From Escherichia phage phita32: a stretch of 64,000 bases of DNA. The notes below the pieces were generated by a model that was not told the origin of the DNA, did not search any database, and saw only the letters and a program-made list of their open reading frames with translations. The position numbers and the translations under genes were made by a program. Positions 1 to 10,667 of the stretch are shown one piece after another. The stretch lies in sequence record PQ758395; one strand, given 5' to 3'. Position 1 is the stretch's first letter. Each line of letters starts with the position of its first letter.

Positions 1-701
1 AGGAAGTTTACCAGAAAGTCTTCGACCATATCTCTGTTCAGGAATATGACGAGGCAATTGGTGAAATCCTTGTCTGGTTGGAACGCAAGAATGAGTTCAC
101 TACACTTGCAGACAACCTGATTATGAAAGATGGTAAGCTCTATTACTACGGTGTAGAGATGCAATCTACCATTGCAAAGAAAATTGAGGAAGATTATGTA
201 GATGGAACACTGGACGACCGATATGTTAAATTCCTTGTCCGTCTGCTACGCAACCCGTCTGCAAAATCTGTGAACATGCTCTACGATTTCATGCAGGCTA
301 ATGACATCCAGGTTGCAGAAGATGGTCGAATCATTTGCTATAAGGGGGTTCAGTTTAACGGAAGCAAGTGGGTGGATTGGCACAGCGGTAAAGTTCCACA
401 ATACCAGGGTGCTTTTGTATCCATGCCTCGTAACTTTGTAGAAGATGATCCGGAAGCTGCGTGTTCTTATGGCCTGCACTGCGCCAGCAAAGAGTATGCA
501 GCGGGCTATGGCACCGTAATGATGGTTATGGTTGACCCTGCGGATGTGGTTAGTGTGCCATACCAACACAACAGTGCTAAGTGCCGTGCATGCCGCTACG
601 AAATCGTAGCAGCACCGGAATCACGCAAAGATGGCGATCCGATTGAATACGTAGTTGATCGTGACGGTAACACTATCGACATTCTTTACGAGGAGGCGTA
701 A
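1..701 (+). CDS. hypothetical protein, 5'-partial (ORF open to window edge)
   Basis: Frame of track ORF 78..701 has no stop codon back to position 3, so the gene starts upstream of the window; stop TAA 699-701 overlaps next ATG. Confidence 0.5.
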   Translation, partial: EVYQKVFDHISVQEYDEAIGEILVWLERKNEFTTLADNLIMKDGKLYYYGVEMQSTIAKKIEEDYVDGTLDDRYVKFLVRLLRNPSAKSVNMLYDFMQANDIQVAEDGRIICYKGVQFNGSKWVDWHSGKVPQYQGAFVSMPRNFVEDDPEAACSYGLHCASKEYAAGYGTVMMVMVDPADVVSVPYQHNSAKCRACRYEIVAAPESRKDGDPIEYVVDRDGNTIDILYEEA

Positions 702-2071
702 TGGAAAAGGGGCAGTATGATGTAGGCACAGATGCTGCCCTCGTTGCAATCATGAGCGGTGAGAATGTCTTCGTTTCAGGACCCGCAGGTTGTGGGAAGA
801 CGTACCTCATCAACATGATCCAGTCAATGTATGGAGACTCTTGCATAACGGTTGCCCCGACAGGGGTAGCCGCTTTAAACGTTAATGGAGCAACAGCACA
901 CCGAACCTTCGATCTTGCAGCAGGTGTGAGCATGGAGTCAGACTGGACCGCAATAAGGGCAAAAACAGCAAAGCCTTTGAAGAGCAAGGCATTTACCATC
1001 TTAATTATCGATGAAATCTCTATGATCCGTGCTGATAAGTTTATAGAGATGGATAGGAAACTCCGCTTCCTTCGAAAAAATGACAAACCTTTCGGAGGCA
1101 TACAGGTCATATTGTTTGGCGATTTTTACCAGGCACCTCCTGTTGTCTCTTCTATGGAGAAGGAAGCCTACTTCAACTTCTACCATACGGACTTGTGTTG
1201 CTATACCGAATCTTGGAAAGAGCTTGACCTCCACAACATAGCCCTAATAGATCAGTTCCGACAGGAGTCTATTCGATTTGCCACAATGCTTAACTGTGTT
1301 CGTGAGGGTCGTCGCATAAAAGAGGTTGTAGCAGAGCTTAATGCTCACTGTTACAAAGGTGGTGTACCAACAGACGCTCTCACAATTTGCGCCACCAACA
1401 AACAAGCAGAGGAAGTGAACAGAAGGTTCTATGATGCCATCAACGCCCCAGAGAAGGTATACACTGGTGAAATGAAGGGTAAGTTTCCCTCCACCCTGCC
1501 AGTTGAGCAGGAGATGAAGTTGAAAATTGGCATGAAAGTTATGATAACCGCCAATGATGTTGACCCGACGCACAAAGTACCTTATTATGTTAACGGAACA
1601 CGTGCCACAATTGTTAAATTTAAGAACAAGGCAGTGGTGGTAGAGCTTGAAGATGGAACACAGGTTGACATAGAGCAGAGGTTGTGGGAGAATAACGAGT
1701 ATAAGCCCTCTCAGAGATACAACATTGCAGAAAGGAAGATGGAGAAGTTTATAGAGAGGGTAGTGATTGGGTCATACAAGCAACTTCCTCTGAAATCTGG
1801 GTATGCCGTAACATCTCATAAAAGTCAAGGACTTACGCTAGATTGTTACAACCTAGACCTTGGAAAGAACGGAGCTTTCTCTCCTGGGATGACGTATGTT
1901 GCTTTGAGTCGAGTTAAGACAATACAAGGAATAAACTTGTTGCGTCCACTAAGAGAAGTTGACATTATTGTTGACCCGCGAGTCGTAGAGTTTTACAATA
2001 CAACATTCCCTGACTTAGACAAAATTGTCAGGAAAGATTTTGAAACCAGAGCAGAAGAGGGGGACGTATGA
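701..2071 (+). CDS. Dda/PIF1/RecD-like SF1 DNA helicase
   Basis: Walker A GPAGCGKT, Walker B LIIDEISM, C-terminal VTSHKSQGLT motif typical of Dda/RecD/Pif1 helicases. Confidence 0.8.
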   Translation: MEKGQYDVGTDAALVAIMSGENVFVSGPAGCGKTYLINMIQSMYGDSCITVAPTGVAALNVNGATAHRTFDLAAGVSMESDWTAIRAKTAKPLKSKAFTILIIDEISMIRADKFIEMDRKLRFLRKNDKPFGGIQVILFGDFYQAPPVVSSMEKEAYFNFYHTDLCCYTESWKELDLHNIALIDQFRQESIRFATMLNCVREGRRIKEVVAELNAHCYKGGVPTDALTICATNKQAEEVNRRFYDAINAPEKVYTGEMKGKFPSTLPVEQEMKLKIGMKVMITANDVDPTHKVPYYVNGTRATIVKFKNKAVVVELEDGTQVDIEQRLWENNEYKPSQRYNIAERKMEKFIERVVIGSYKQLPLKSGYAVTSHKSQGLTLDCYNLDLGKNGAFSPGMTYVALSRVKTIQGINLLRPLREVDIIVDPRVVEFYNTTFPDLDKIVRKDFETRAEEGDV

Positions 2072-2409
2072 GTTTGTGGAGAAATATAGTTAACTACGTG
2101 TGCGGCAATCCAACTCCTGAAGAGAAGGATGTTGTGATTCACGATTTTACTAAAAGATCTCGTGAAAAAGATCTACTGCTAACAAAGGTGACTGATAAAG
2201 ATCCTGCAGTAGGGGACTGGGCAGGTTTTGCGTTCACATCGGACAAATACACCTTTAACAAAGGTGACTATCTTGTTGTGGATTTTAACGAAGACATCGA
2301 GGGTGCTGAACCTTACTATCAGACCCTTATCGTTGCAGGGTGTGTTAATCTCTCCGCAGGTATGCACAGTTTGATTCTTTTTGAGCTTGACTCTGAAGAC
2401 CTCCAGTAG
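2068..2409 (+). CDS. hypothetical protein
   Basis: ORF with ATGA start-stop overlap to upstream gene; no recognisable motif. Confidence 0.45.
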   Translation: MSLWRNIVNYVCGNPTPEEKDVVIHDFTKRSREKDLLLTKVTDKDPAVGDWAGFAFTSDKYTFNKGDYLVVDFNEDIEGAEPYYQTLIVAGCVNLSAGMHSLILFELDSEDLQ

Positions 2410-2466
2410 TAAGATGTGAGTCTAAAGGGGAGGCACCCTCCCCAAAAACTAAGGAAGCACTAAACG

Positions 2467-2769
2467 ATGAAACGTTATAAACCATACACTTTTGAAATCG
2501 ATTTCGAACTTGACGATATGTTTACTGTGGAAGCTCAGGCAGTTGTCCAGTTGCCAGACCCGGAGTGCCGTGATTCTGATGTTGACTATTATGGATTTAG
2601 GCAGATCACTGATGTGCATGTTTACCACAACGGCGAAGAGATTGACTTCCACCAACTGCCAAACGCTGTGCGCCACTCAATTTACAAACGTGCAGCCCGT
2701 GAACTAGAGTCCTATCTGGATGCAGCGACGACAGCAGCTGCATTTGCTGAAGAAGTGGGAGGTTTCTGA
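2467..2769 (+). CDS. hypothetical protein
   Basis: ORF preceded by AAGGAAG Shine-Dalgarno; GGGGAGG-cac-CCTCCCC hairpin at 2427-2443 upstream. Confidence 0.45.
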   Translation: MKRYKPYTFEIDFELDDMFTVEAQAVVQLPDPECRDSDVDYYGFRQITDVHVYHNGEEIDFHQLPNAVRHSIYKRAARELESYLDAATTAAAFAEEVGGF

Positions 2770-3164
2770 TGATTACAGGTGTGAAGATTATCCAATACCA
2801 CCTAACCAAATTGGAAGATGCTGAAAAAGAGCTTGCAGAAGTTCTGAATAGTGGATATACTTTGTTATCATGCGCCTGCTCAGACACCTACGTTGTGTGG
2901 ACACTTACTAAGAAGGAAGAGCCAGCATGGATCTTAGTGCCAAACCCTAAGATTATTAATGAGGTGGATGACTACTCTCATGACGGCCTGTCGGAAGACT
3001 GGGAAGTATGGGAAGGTGGTGAAAACCCTGCACCAGGTAAGTGGGTAAAATACAAACTACGTAGCGGTGCACAGCACGCTGGATACTCTGATAACATGGA
3101 CTGGAGTCATTCTTCACCGGAATCATTGGTAAGTGCATATGATATCATAGCTTTTAAGGAATAA
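2769..3164 (+). CDS. hypothetical protein
   Basis: ORF translationally coupled (TGATGA overlap). Confidence 0.45.
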   Translation: MITGVKIIQYHLTKLEDAEKELAEVLNSGYTLLSCACSDTYVVWTLTKKEEPAWILVPNPKIINEVDDYSHDGLSEDWEVWEGGENPAPGKWVKYKLRSGAQHAGYSDNMDWSHSSPESLVSAYDIIAFKE

Positions 3165-3176
3165 GGAGAAGGCGGT

Positions 3177-3659
3177 ATGTCAGATTTTATGTGGAAAGTA
3201 GGTTATGCCTCTCCTGAAATGTGCGAGGCTTGCTTTGTAAAAATAGGCCGCGAGGATATTGACAAAGTAATCTTTAAGTTTCGTGATGTATCTGTGATCG
3301 GCAACCGAGTGCTTAAGCACTTAAAGAATCTGAAGCTCACCAAAAAGAAGTTCTTCGGACTTTTCGAAGAGAAAGTTGATGCTTGGACCCATTGCATTCA
3401 GGAAGCTAAATCTCACTACAGTGCTATCGTTACCCCAGAACGGGTAGCCAAGATGGAAGGATTAATCAACAGTACAGAGTTTGAGTGCCTAAAGGCTGCT
3501 CTTAATAGTTATCCAAAGTGCCTCAAACACCTTGACAAGTATGTAGAAAAGGATGGGGAAATGTATCTCACCCTGGACGCATATTATGAGATGCAAGAAA
3601 TTTTAAATTTAGATTTGACATTGGTATCCACCGAGTATACAATAGGTATCCGGGTTTAA
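3177..3659 (+). CDS. hypothetical protein
   Basis: ORF with GGAGAAGG SD; followed by intrinsic terminator. Confidence 0.45.
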   Translation: MSDFMWKVGYASPEMCEACFVKIGREDIDKVIFKFRDVSVIGNRVLKHLKNLKLTKKKFFGLFEEKVDAWTHCIQEAKSHYSAIVTPERVAKMEGLINSTEFECLKAALNSYPKCLKHLDKYVEKDGEMYLTLDAYYEMQEILNLDLTLVSTEYTIGIRV

Positions 3660-3665
3660 CACTAG

Positions 3666-3692
3666 GCCCTGCCCGAAAGGGTGGGGCTTTTT
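3666..3692 (+). terminator. rho-independent terminator (GAAA tetraloop hairpin + T5)
   Basis: GCCCTGCCC-GAAA-GGGTGGGGC 9-bp stem with two G-U pairs followed by TTTTT; same 22-nt hairpin recurs at 15391. Confidence 0.7.
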
Positions 3693-3710
3693 GCATTAGG
3701 AGACAGCAAA

Positions 3711-4475
3711 TTGAAATTTATCTACAAAGAACACTACCACAAAGGTGTTGTGTGGAGCCTATTTGACGGGTCTGGTGGTGCAGTCATTGACTGGGCAAAA
3801 GCTGGGTACCTGTGCCTGTGCTTTAATGCAGAAGGTGCTGATCACGGCAGTTATGCAGAGGTGATAACCGATCATCACAACATTCACTATGTGGATTATT
3901 GGATTGATCCATGGTTCCCTCAGGAAACTTTTTGCATGTATCCAGCTCCAGACTTTATTCTTGCATTTCCTCCGTGCACGCATTTAGCGGTATCAGGTGC
4001 TGCACATTTTAAGAAAAAACTGGCTAAGGACCCCATGATCCAAATTAATGCTGTAAAGGATGCTCGGGTTGCGGAAGAGCTGGGAGAGATTTACGATTGC
4101 CCGTGGCATGTAGAGAATCCTGTGGGTGTTATGTCCACACTGTGGCGTAAACCTGATTACCGTTTTCATCCTTCTGACTATGGTGGGTATTTACCGGAGG
4201 ATGATGTAAACCCTTGGTTTCCTGAATTTATAGCTCCACGTGATGCCTATCCAAAAATAACTTGCGGCTGGATAGGTAATGGATTTATAATCCCGCCCAC
4301 AAAACCTGTCCCGCAAATAGTTGACGCGGTTAGCGGGTATTCCATGCAACACGCCAAGCTGGGTGGAAAGAGTGCAAGAACGAAGATGATTCGAAGTCTC
4401 ACACCACGTGGCTGGGCAAAAGCCGTATTCTTAGCAAACGAGCCTGTAGTAAGGAGCAGAATTAATGGGAAGTAA
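3711..4475 (+). CDS. putative DNA cytosine-5 methyltransferase-like protein
   Basis: Track ORF starts GTG 3681 inside the terminator; TTG 3711 has AGGAGA SD 7 nt upstream. Motifs resemble C5-MTase I (LFDGSGG), IV (FPPCTHLAVSG) and VI (HVENPVG); short for the family and PCT rather than PCQ. Confidence 0.35.
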   Translation: MKFIYKEHYHKGVVWSLFDGSGGAVIDWAKAGYLCLCFNAEGADHGSYAEVITDHHNIHYVDYWIDPWFPQETFCMYPAPDFILAFPPCTHLAVSGAAHFKKKLAKDPMIQINAVKDARVAEELGEIYDCPWHVENPVGVMSTLWRKPDYRFHPSDYGGYLPEDDVNPWFPEFIAPRDAYPKITCGWIGNGFIIPPTKPVPQIVDAVSGYSMQHAKLGGKSARTKMIRSLTPRGWAKAVFLANEPVVRSRINGK

Positions 4476-6543
4476 ATTTATGGCATCTGCATACAACCGT
4501 TTCGGTGAGCCAAACCCGAAAGCAACTAAGTATAAAAGTGGGGGAAGTGTGAAACGAGACTATCGTGATGAAAAAGAAGTTGAAACTGTAGAGACTGTTT
4601 TAGAAAATACTAAAATTGTCCCTGTCCCACAACAAAATATCGGTCTGATGGCTGCACAATATTTTGGTGTGCGATCAGCATTGTCCCAAGAAGACGGTGT
4701 GACAGTCACTGCAACATATTTCCCATATTACGACCGCTACGGAAATCTGTCTGGTTTCAAAAAGCGTGACTGGACTATTCCTAAAGAGCAAAGGGGCCAT
4801 TTCTCCGTTGTTGGCATCGTAAAGGCCAACTCCCAGATGTTTGGTCAAAAGCTGTGTGCATCTTCCAACAACCGTAAGCAGATTAACGTTTGTGAGGGAG
4901 AAGGTGATGTTATTGCAGCATGGCAGGCTGCATATCAGATACAAGTAAAAGGGATTCTCACCAACGCTAAAGCCCCGGCAAAGGTGAAGCAGTGGGCTAA
5001 AGAGGTCCAGGACGGGATCGACGCAGTTATCAACGGTGGTGATCTGGCAGGAAAACCATGCCTACCTTTTGTTGGAATTAACTGTGGATGTGCAAACGCA
5101 GTAGATACTTTTGCAAACAATGAGAAGTTTATCCGTAGCTATGGAACAGTTGTGCTGGCAATGGATAATGATGCAGCTAACGAGGTAGAGAAGCAAAAAC
5201 ACGTCATTAAAGGTGTTGAGGCCACGCATAATATCGCAGCATTTTTGATGGCTGATAACGTTTACCACGTAGAATACCCTGGTGAAGTAAATGACCCTGA
5301 CGGTGTAAAAGATATCCGAGACATGCTGAAGGCTAAAAAGCTGGAAGATATTGTCAACATGTTCCGGCACCCTGTTAAATATGTGCCTGATGCTGTGTCG
5401 GATTTAGAAGACTTCTCTATCGAGTCTTTGCGGAAAAAGACTTCCAACGGGGTAGATATCAGCGCAGAGTTCCCAAAACTGCAAAAAATGCTAAAAGGCT
5501 TGCACAAAGGGACACTCGTAATGCTTACAGGCCCGTCAGGTGGCGGTAAAACAACTGTAGCTAAAAAACTGGAACACTGTATTGCAAGATACCTAATGGA
5601 CCCGACATGTCCGAAGGCCGATGACTACGAAGAGGATGATCGTCTATGCATGATCCATCTTGAGGAGGACCCAGAGGAAGCAATTAACTCCTTGTATGCA
5701 AACCAGTTAGGGTTTGATGTTAAAGAGTTTGTTGAAGATCCTAGCCAGTTTTTAACTGATCAAGAACACGCAGAGATTCACCAATCATGGGCAAAAGCTG
5801 GAAAAATCAAAGTGTTCAAACATTTCGGATCTATTCCGGTGGACGAGTTGATTACTAAGCTTAAGCAAATGGTTTGCCTGTACCATTGTCGTTATATTGT
5901 ACTGGATCACCTGTCCATGGTAATTTCAGGGCTTAATGTTAAGGATGAGCGAAAAGAACTGGACATGGCTATGACCCAACTGGCTGCGTTTTGTAAGCAG
6001 TTTAACGTGTTTATCTTGGTGATCGCTCACCTCAAGCGTATAGAGATTGTGCCTCCTAAGGACAAGGATGGTAACCCGTTACCTTTCTGGTATCCTGTGC
6101 GAAAAGAGAATTTGCGAGGATCGGCTGGGCTTGAACAGTTGAGTTGGGTAGTCATAGGTGTCGAGGCCGAAGAAATGGTGGATCGTTCTCGTGGACGTGT
6201 CCGTCTGGTAGGTCTTAAAAACCGTCCAGCAAAAACTTTAGGTATTGCTGACACTTTAGTTATGGACCCTCACACAGGCAAGTTCCATGATGCCAGCAAT
6301 TGGTACTGGGACAAAGAAATGCAGATGTTTACAGACGGAGAAGGTGGGGAGGTTGTTTGGAGACCTCAGGCTATGTTTGAGGATCAGGAGCATACAGTTG
6401 TAGAAACACCTATGGGTAAGGTTGTGGCTGATAAGGTTGTAACTCCTACTGTTAAGCCTGTTGACACGCAGGAAGACCTCCAGTACGATGATCCATCCTC
6501 TGACCCTGTCCCTGGTTTTGAGGACGATGAAACGCCTTTTTAA
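4465..6543 (+). CDS. bifunctional DNA primase/helicase (Toprim + DnaB-like RecA-fold ATPase, T7 gp4-like)
   Basis: Toprim-like VCEGEGDVIAAW and LAMDNDAANE acidic motifs; Walker A LTGPSGGGKTT; Walker B YIVLDHLSM; AAGGAG SD. Confidence 0.8.
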   Translation: MGSKFMASAYNRFGEPNPKATKYKSGGSVKRDYRDEKEVETVETVLENTKIVPVPQQNIGLMAAQYFGVRSALSQEDGVTVTATYFPYYDRYGNLSGFKKRDWTIPKEQRGHFSVVGIVKANSQMFGQKLCASSNNRKQINVCEGEGDVIAAWQAAYQIQVKGILTNAKAPAKVKQWAKEVQDGIDAVINGGDLAGKPCLPFVGINCGCANAVDTFANNEKFIRSYGTVVLAMDNDAANEVEKQKHVIKGVEATHNIAAFLMADNVYHVEYPGEVNDPDGVKDIRDMLKAKKLEDIVNMFRHPVKYVPDAVSDLEDFSIESLRKKTSNGVDISAEFPKLQKMLKGLHKGTLVMLTGPSGGGKTTVAKKLEHCIARYLMDPTCPKADDYEEDDRLCMIHLEEDPEEAINSLYANQLGFDVKEFVEDPSQFLTDQEHAEIHQSWAKAGKIKVFKHFGSIPVDELITKLKQMVCLYHCRYIVLDHLSMVISGLNVKDERKELDMAMTQLAAFCKQFNVFILVIAHLKRIEIVPPKDKDGNPLPFWYPVRKENLRGSAGLEQLSWVVIGVEAEEMVDRSRGRVRLVGLKNRPAKTLGIADTLVMDPHTGKFHDASNWYWDKEMQMFTDGEGGEVVWRPQAMFEDQEHTVVETPMGKVVADKVVTPTVKPVDTQEDLQYDDPSSDPVPGFEDDETPF

Positions 6544-6601
6544 TGTTTAACAAAGAGCGGGAGGGGTAGTACAACCGCCTCCCCTTTAAGGAGAACTGTA
6601 T

Positions 6602-9025
6602 ATGAGTATGTGGTCTTTCGATCTGGAGGCCTCCGGGCTTTTGGAAGATCTAGATCTTTATTATCACTGCGGTCTGTTTAAAGAGCTGAATAAGAACCGT
6701 TTTATGCTGTTCCTTCCTCTAAATGACCGCACACACTACTCCAAGGAGGATATAGAGAAGGCCAAGAACTTTATTCTGGCAAAGAAAACTCTTTATAAAG
6801 ATTTTGAAGTCCGCATAGCAGATTTTTCGGAGTTGGAAGGTTGGCTTACAGGCAATTCCGACTGGTCACCAACAGCTTTGAACTGCCATAACTGCTACAG
6901 TTATGACTTTATGCTGATGGAGAGATTATCCGGTATTCATTTTGATATGTTCCGTGATCCTAAATGCATGGGGACTATCAACGACCACCAGGTTAATCTG
7001 TTTGATACGTTGGCGATGAGCCGAATCTTGTGGCCTGATCGCCCTTTACCAAAAGGTTGTCCGGACTCTGTATTCAACCCGGTTACTAAGAAAATGCAGC
7101 CTGTTGGTCCTCACGGCCTTATGGCATGGGGCTACGCCCTTGGTAACCAGAAAGTTCAAATTGATGACTGGCGCGATCTTCCGTTGTGGAAGTATGTGGA
7201 TCGTGTATTCGAGGACGTTATCATCCAGGAGCTGCTCTGGAAAGAGCTGGTAGCGGAATCAAAAGGTGTATTCTACGGCAAATCTGACATGCAGAACTTT
7301 ATGTATGATCCTGCCAAAGAGAAGCCGAAAGGGTTCAAGAAGATCACCTGGAAGAACGCATTACGTCGAGGCATGCTGCAGCACTTCCTGATGGAGCTGC
7401 AGGCCCGTCAGGGTGTATACTTCGACATAGATGGAGCTATTGCTTTACGTGACCGTTGCGATGCGTGGATGAAAGAAATCGCTGATCGTGTTGAACCACA
7501 ACTACCTTTAAAAGAGCTGTCAATGTCTCAGCGGCCCAAGTTCCCTGAAAAGCCGTTTAACCAAGACGGGACAATCTCTAATAATGGTTGGAAATGGTTA
7601 AAAGATAAGCTTGGCTATCCTGTAGACATGAGCGCTTTAGAGTTCAAAGCCCCGCCTAAGCGAGCATTTACCTCTACAGGGGATGTCAGCAAGATGGGGA
7701 TAAAATGGTGTGAAGAGATGGGCTGCAAAGACCCCGATAAGATGGCTGATTTCTTGAGAGGCTATATTAAGGGTACCTCCACACCACAACCTTTACCTAA
7801 AGAGCTAATGGATCAGGCAATAAGTGATCTGCAGCAGAAGCGAATGCCTGACTGCAAGATACCTATGAAAATCGGCAATCAGGACGACATCAAGCGATAC
7901 CTAATCAGTGCTGGTTGGCTCCCAACAATGTGGAGAACTAAAGATGTAACTAAAGACAGCAAGAAGAAAGCTTTACCTGATGCAGATGTTGATGCACGAG
8001 TATATGCATACATGGACGAGCTTTTAGAGTCAGAGTATTGTGACCTGATTATCAACTTCTGGAACAAAACTGATGCTAAGTTTCAGACAACCGTGCACAA
8101 GTTCCGAAGCTTTCCTAACTCCGAAAGGATTAAAAAGGAAGTGTTCGGGAAAATACGTAGAAAAGCCAGGGCACTTATTACTTCTCCGCAACTGAAAGAT
8201 ACGTTTGGACACCTATGCCCAAATCTTGAAAAATTGAACGGAGAGATGGCTAAAGATATCGTCTTGTGGTTATCATTGCGAAACCGCAGATCGGTCCTTG
8301 ATCCAATCAAGGAGGATAAGGTTGATACTGGTCTTCTTAATCACCCACGTTTGAAGATTGACCATAAGCTTCCTGCTAAAAGCTCTGGATTAACAAACAC
8401 TTCCAGACAGAAACACAGTATTTGTGCAAACATGCCTAAACCATCTCCTAAAGTGGTTATGGGTAAAGAGATGCGTAGTCTGTGGGGTGTTCCTCCAGGA
8501 TACTTTGAGATCGGTATTGACGGGTCCAACTTAGAGCAGCTTATCGGGGCTTGGGGTGCCTTTGAGTTCGACAACGGCTTGTATTATGATGTTGTAAGTA
8601 ACGGAGACGCACACCAAAACAATGCTGAGGCATATACAAAAGTAGCAGGCAGAGAGGTGTCCCGTAACGACGGTAAACCTATCACGTATGGGGTTATGTA
8701 CGGGGCACAAAAAGATAAAGTTGCAGATATGCTGGACATCTCTCCAGAGTTGGGACAAAGGGTAATCGATGCACTCTGGGATGCCAACCCAGGTCTTAAG
8801 GGGCGCAAAGAGGATCTGGAGAAATTCTGGGAAGCAACAGGTAAGAAGTTTATCTACTCTTTTGATGGTCATGCTATCTGGACCAGATCTAAACACTCTT
8901 TACTTAATGCATACCAACAAAATGGCGGTGCATCGTTGTGTGACTTAGTTGGAATACTCATGCACCACCAGATGGTGAAGCGTGGGTGGTACGATGAAGG
9001 TGTTCGTCGTATTATTTATTACCAT
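6602..9025 (+). CDS. DNA polymerase, family A, exon 1 (3'-5' exo + palm motifs A and B)
   Basis: N-terminal FDLEASG Exo I-like motif; motif A YFEIGIDGSNLEQL; motif B RNDGKPITYGVMYGAQ; ORF runs 2 codons into intron before stop at 9031. Confidence 0.8.
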
Positions 9026-9301
9026 AAATAACATTGTGGCTTCATAGAGTAATCTATGTCGAATAACCTCTTTAACTGCGGGAAGCCTAAACCTTATGGC
9101 AAGGTAATCCGCAACGAAGCGCTCAAAAGAGCGAACGCTCAGAGGCCATTCCGAAAGGAAGTAGACCAGCAAGTGCGGTCGAAATGGGAGGATTCCTGTG
9201 GTTGCTTATTATAGGAATATGAGATGGTCCGATCCTACGTGAAAACGTATGGCTATGCACGTAATGGTGCGGGGTAGCTTAACGACCTACCTGAACTATT
9301 G
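9026..9301 (+). ncRNA. group I self-splicing intron (no ORF) in DNA polymerase gene
   Basis: Exon 1 ends in U (..UACCAU) pairing with intron GUGG guide at 9037-9040; intron ends in G 9301; P/Q/R/S-like core elements AACTGCGGGAAGC 9074-9086, TAATCCGCAACG 9105-9116, GCTCAGAGGCC 9137-9147, GAGATGGTCCGATCC 9221-9235; splicing restores motif C YHDEYQLQV. Confidence 0.6.
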
Positions 9302-9655
9302 GATGAGTACCAACTTCAAGTGCCTGACACACCGAAGTATAAGACTGTGTACACCTTCGACACAATTGAAGAACTGGAAGCATTTAAGGCAGAGCAGGAA
9401 GCCAAACTTCATGTGTTCGACGGTCATAAGTACAAAAAGGCACGCAAGGATGAGGACGGAAACGAAGTGGTTGACAGAGACGGAAACACGGTGTACGATC
9501 CTATCCTGAACGATGACGGAAAGCTTGAACTTATCTGGAGCCCTGTGGGTGAAATGGTGGTGCATTGCTTCTGGCAAGCTTCTAAAATGATGGGAGTCCC
9601 GTTCCAGATCACAGGTGAATACTTGTGTGGGGCTAATTGGGGTAGTTGCCATTGA
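9302..9655 (+). CDS. DNA polymerase, family A, exon 2 (motif C and C-terminus)
   Basis: Begins DEYQLQV (completes HDE motif C) and ends GANWGSCH, matching T7 pol / Pol I C-terminal signature; no start codon or SD of its own. Confidence 0.7.
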   Translation, partial: DEYQLQVPDTPKYKTVYTFDTIEELEAFKAEQEAKLHVFDGHKYKKARKDEDGNEVVDRDGNTVYDPILNDDGKLELIWSPVGEMVVHCFWQASKMMGVPFQITGEYLCGANWGSCH

Positions 9656-9666
9656 TCTGATAAGAG

Positions 9667-10323
9667 ATGTTTGCTATGGAAGAATGGAGAAAACTGGTTG
9701 GCAAGGAGGCCAACTATGAAGTTAGCAGCAAAGGAAGGATTAAAAGGCTGTCTTACCTGAGGAAGTACAGTAACCAAACAGGTAAAGTTACTTTCAAAGC
9801 TGTCCCTGACAGGATTTTAAAAGGTAGCGTAGACAGTAGCGGTTACATTCAAGTAAATGTGGATGGAAGATCGGAATTGCTTCACAGGTTAATTGCCGAG
9901 ACCTTTCTAGAGCCTCCTTCAAAAGAGCTTGTAGAGGAATGTAAGGCAGCAGGGCTGGACTATGTACCGATTAATCATAAAGACCATAACCGCCTAAACA
10001 ATGCTGCTGACAACCTTGAATGGGCCTCGCCTTCAAAAAATGCACAAGATGTGGACTACGATTACTGTAAAACAAGAGGTGAAAATTCATACTGTGCAAA
10101 ACTTAAAGAGCGAGATGTTGACGAAATATTAAAGCTTTCCAAAACAGGTATGTCGCAGCAAGCTATAGCAGATCTTTTCGGTGTTAATCAGATAACCATT
10201 TCCAATATCTTGACAGGAAGGAGTTGGGCATGGTACACTGGGATACCTAAAACCGCAAGGTGTAAAAACAAAAGGAAGAGATCCCCAAAAAGCATGTCCG
10301 AGCAAAATTTCTCGGTAAGCTGA
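9667..10323 (+). CDS. HNH homing endonuclease (NUMOD4 + HNH_3 + C-terminal HTH), free-standing
   Basis: EEWRKLVG..YEVSSKGRIKRL NUMOD4-like; INHKDHNRLNNAADNLEW HNH motif; C-terminal LSKTGMSQQAIADLFGVNQITISNIL helix-turn-helix. Confidence 0.8.
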   Translation: MFAMEEWRKLVGKEANYEVSSKGRIKRLSYLRKYSNQTGKVTFKAVPDRILKGSVDSSGYIQVNVDGRSELLHRLIAETFLEPPSKELVEECKAAGLDYVPINHKDHNRLNNAADNLEWASPSKNAQDVDYDYCKTRGENSYCAKLKERDVDEILKLSKTGMSQQAIADLFGVNQITISNILTGRSWAWYTGIPKTARCKNKRKRSPKSMSEQNFSVS

Positions 10324-10382
10324 TTGTCACTAATGTAAACTATCAACACATGGAAGTGTTGTTGAGCAAAGAGGAGACTTTT

Positions 10383-10667
10383 ATGGTAGTAGAACCAACA
10401 AAAACATTTACATCTATGACTATCCCTGTTATTATGCAGGTGGAGTGTGTTCAGGTATCTCAAGTGTGGCCTGGCACCAAAATCCCAACAGGGCCTGATT
10501 TCTTTCAGGTTGGGAAAGTGTACAATGTCTGGAAGGCACCAGATTGTTACCCTTTCATTAAAGATGACCGTGGAATGTTGTGGTATCTTGGAAATGATTT
10601 GACACTGCACCTTGGGAATGCTATTATTGCAGTATTCAGACTTAACAAGAAGGAGACCGATCAATGA
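10383..10667 (+). CDS. hypothetical protein
   Basis: Start moved from track 10350 to ATG 10383 with AAGAGGAG SD. Confidence 0.45.
   Translation: MVVEPTKTFTSMTIPVIMQVECVQVSQVWPGTKIPTGPDFFQVGKVYNVWKAPDCYPFIKDDRGMLWYLGNDLTLHLGNAIIAVFRLNKKETDQ

Noticed and set aside
673-1110. Antisense ORFs inside large genes (673..1110, 4675..5507, 8531..8896, 54615..55280 and similar)
   Set aside because: They lie fully inside well-supported helicase, primase, polymerase or RNR genes on the opposite strand or in another frame; typical shadow ORFs.
3681-3710. GTG start at 3681 for the gene ending 4475
   Set aside because: It lies inside the terminator hairpin/T-tract; TTG 3711 with AGGAGA SD is more plausible, though the start remains uncertain.
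9667-10323. HNH endonuclease as part of the polymerase intron
   Set aside because: The polymerase reading frame ends GANWGSCH-stop at 9655, before the endonuclease gene, so this gene is free-standing downstream of exon 2.
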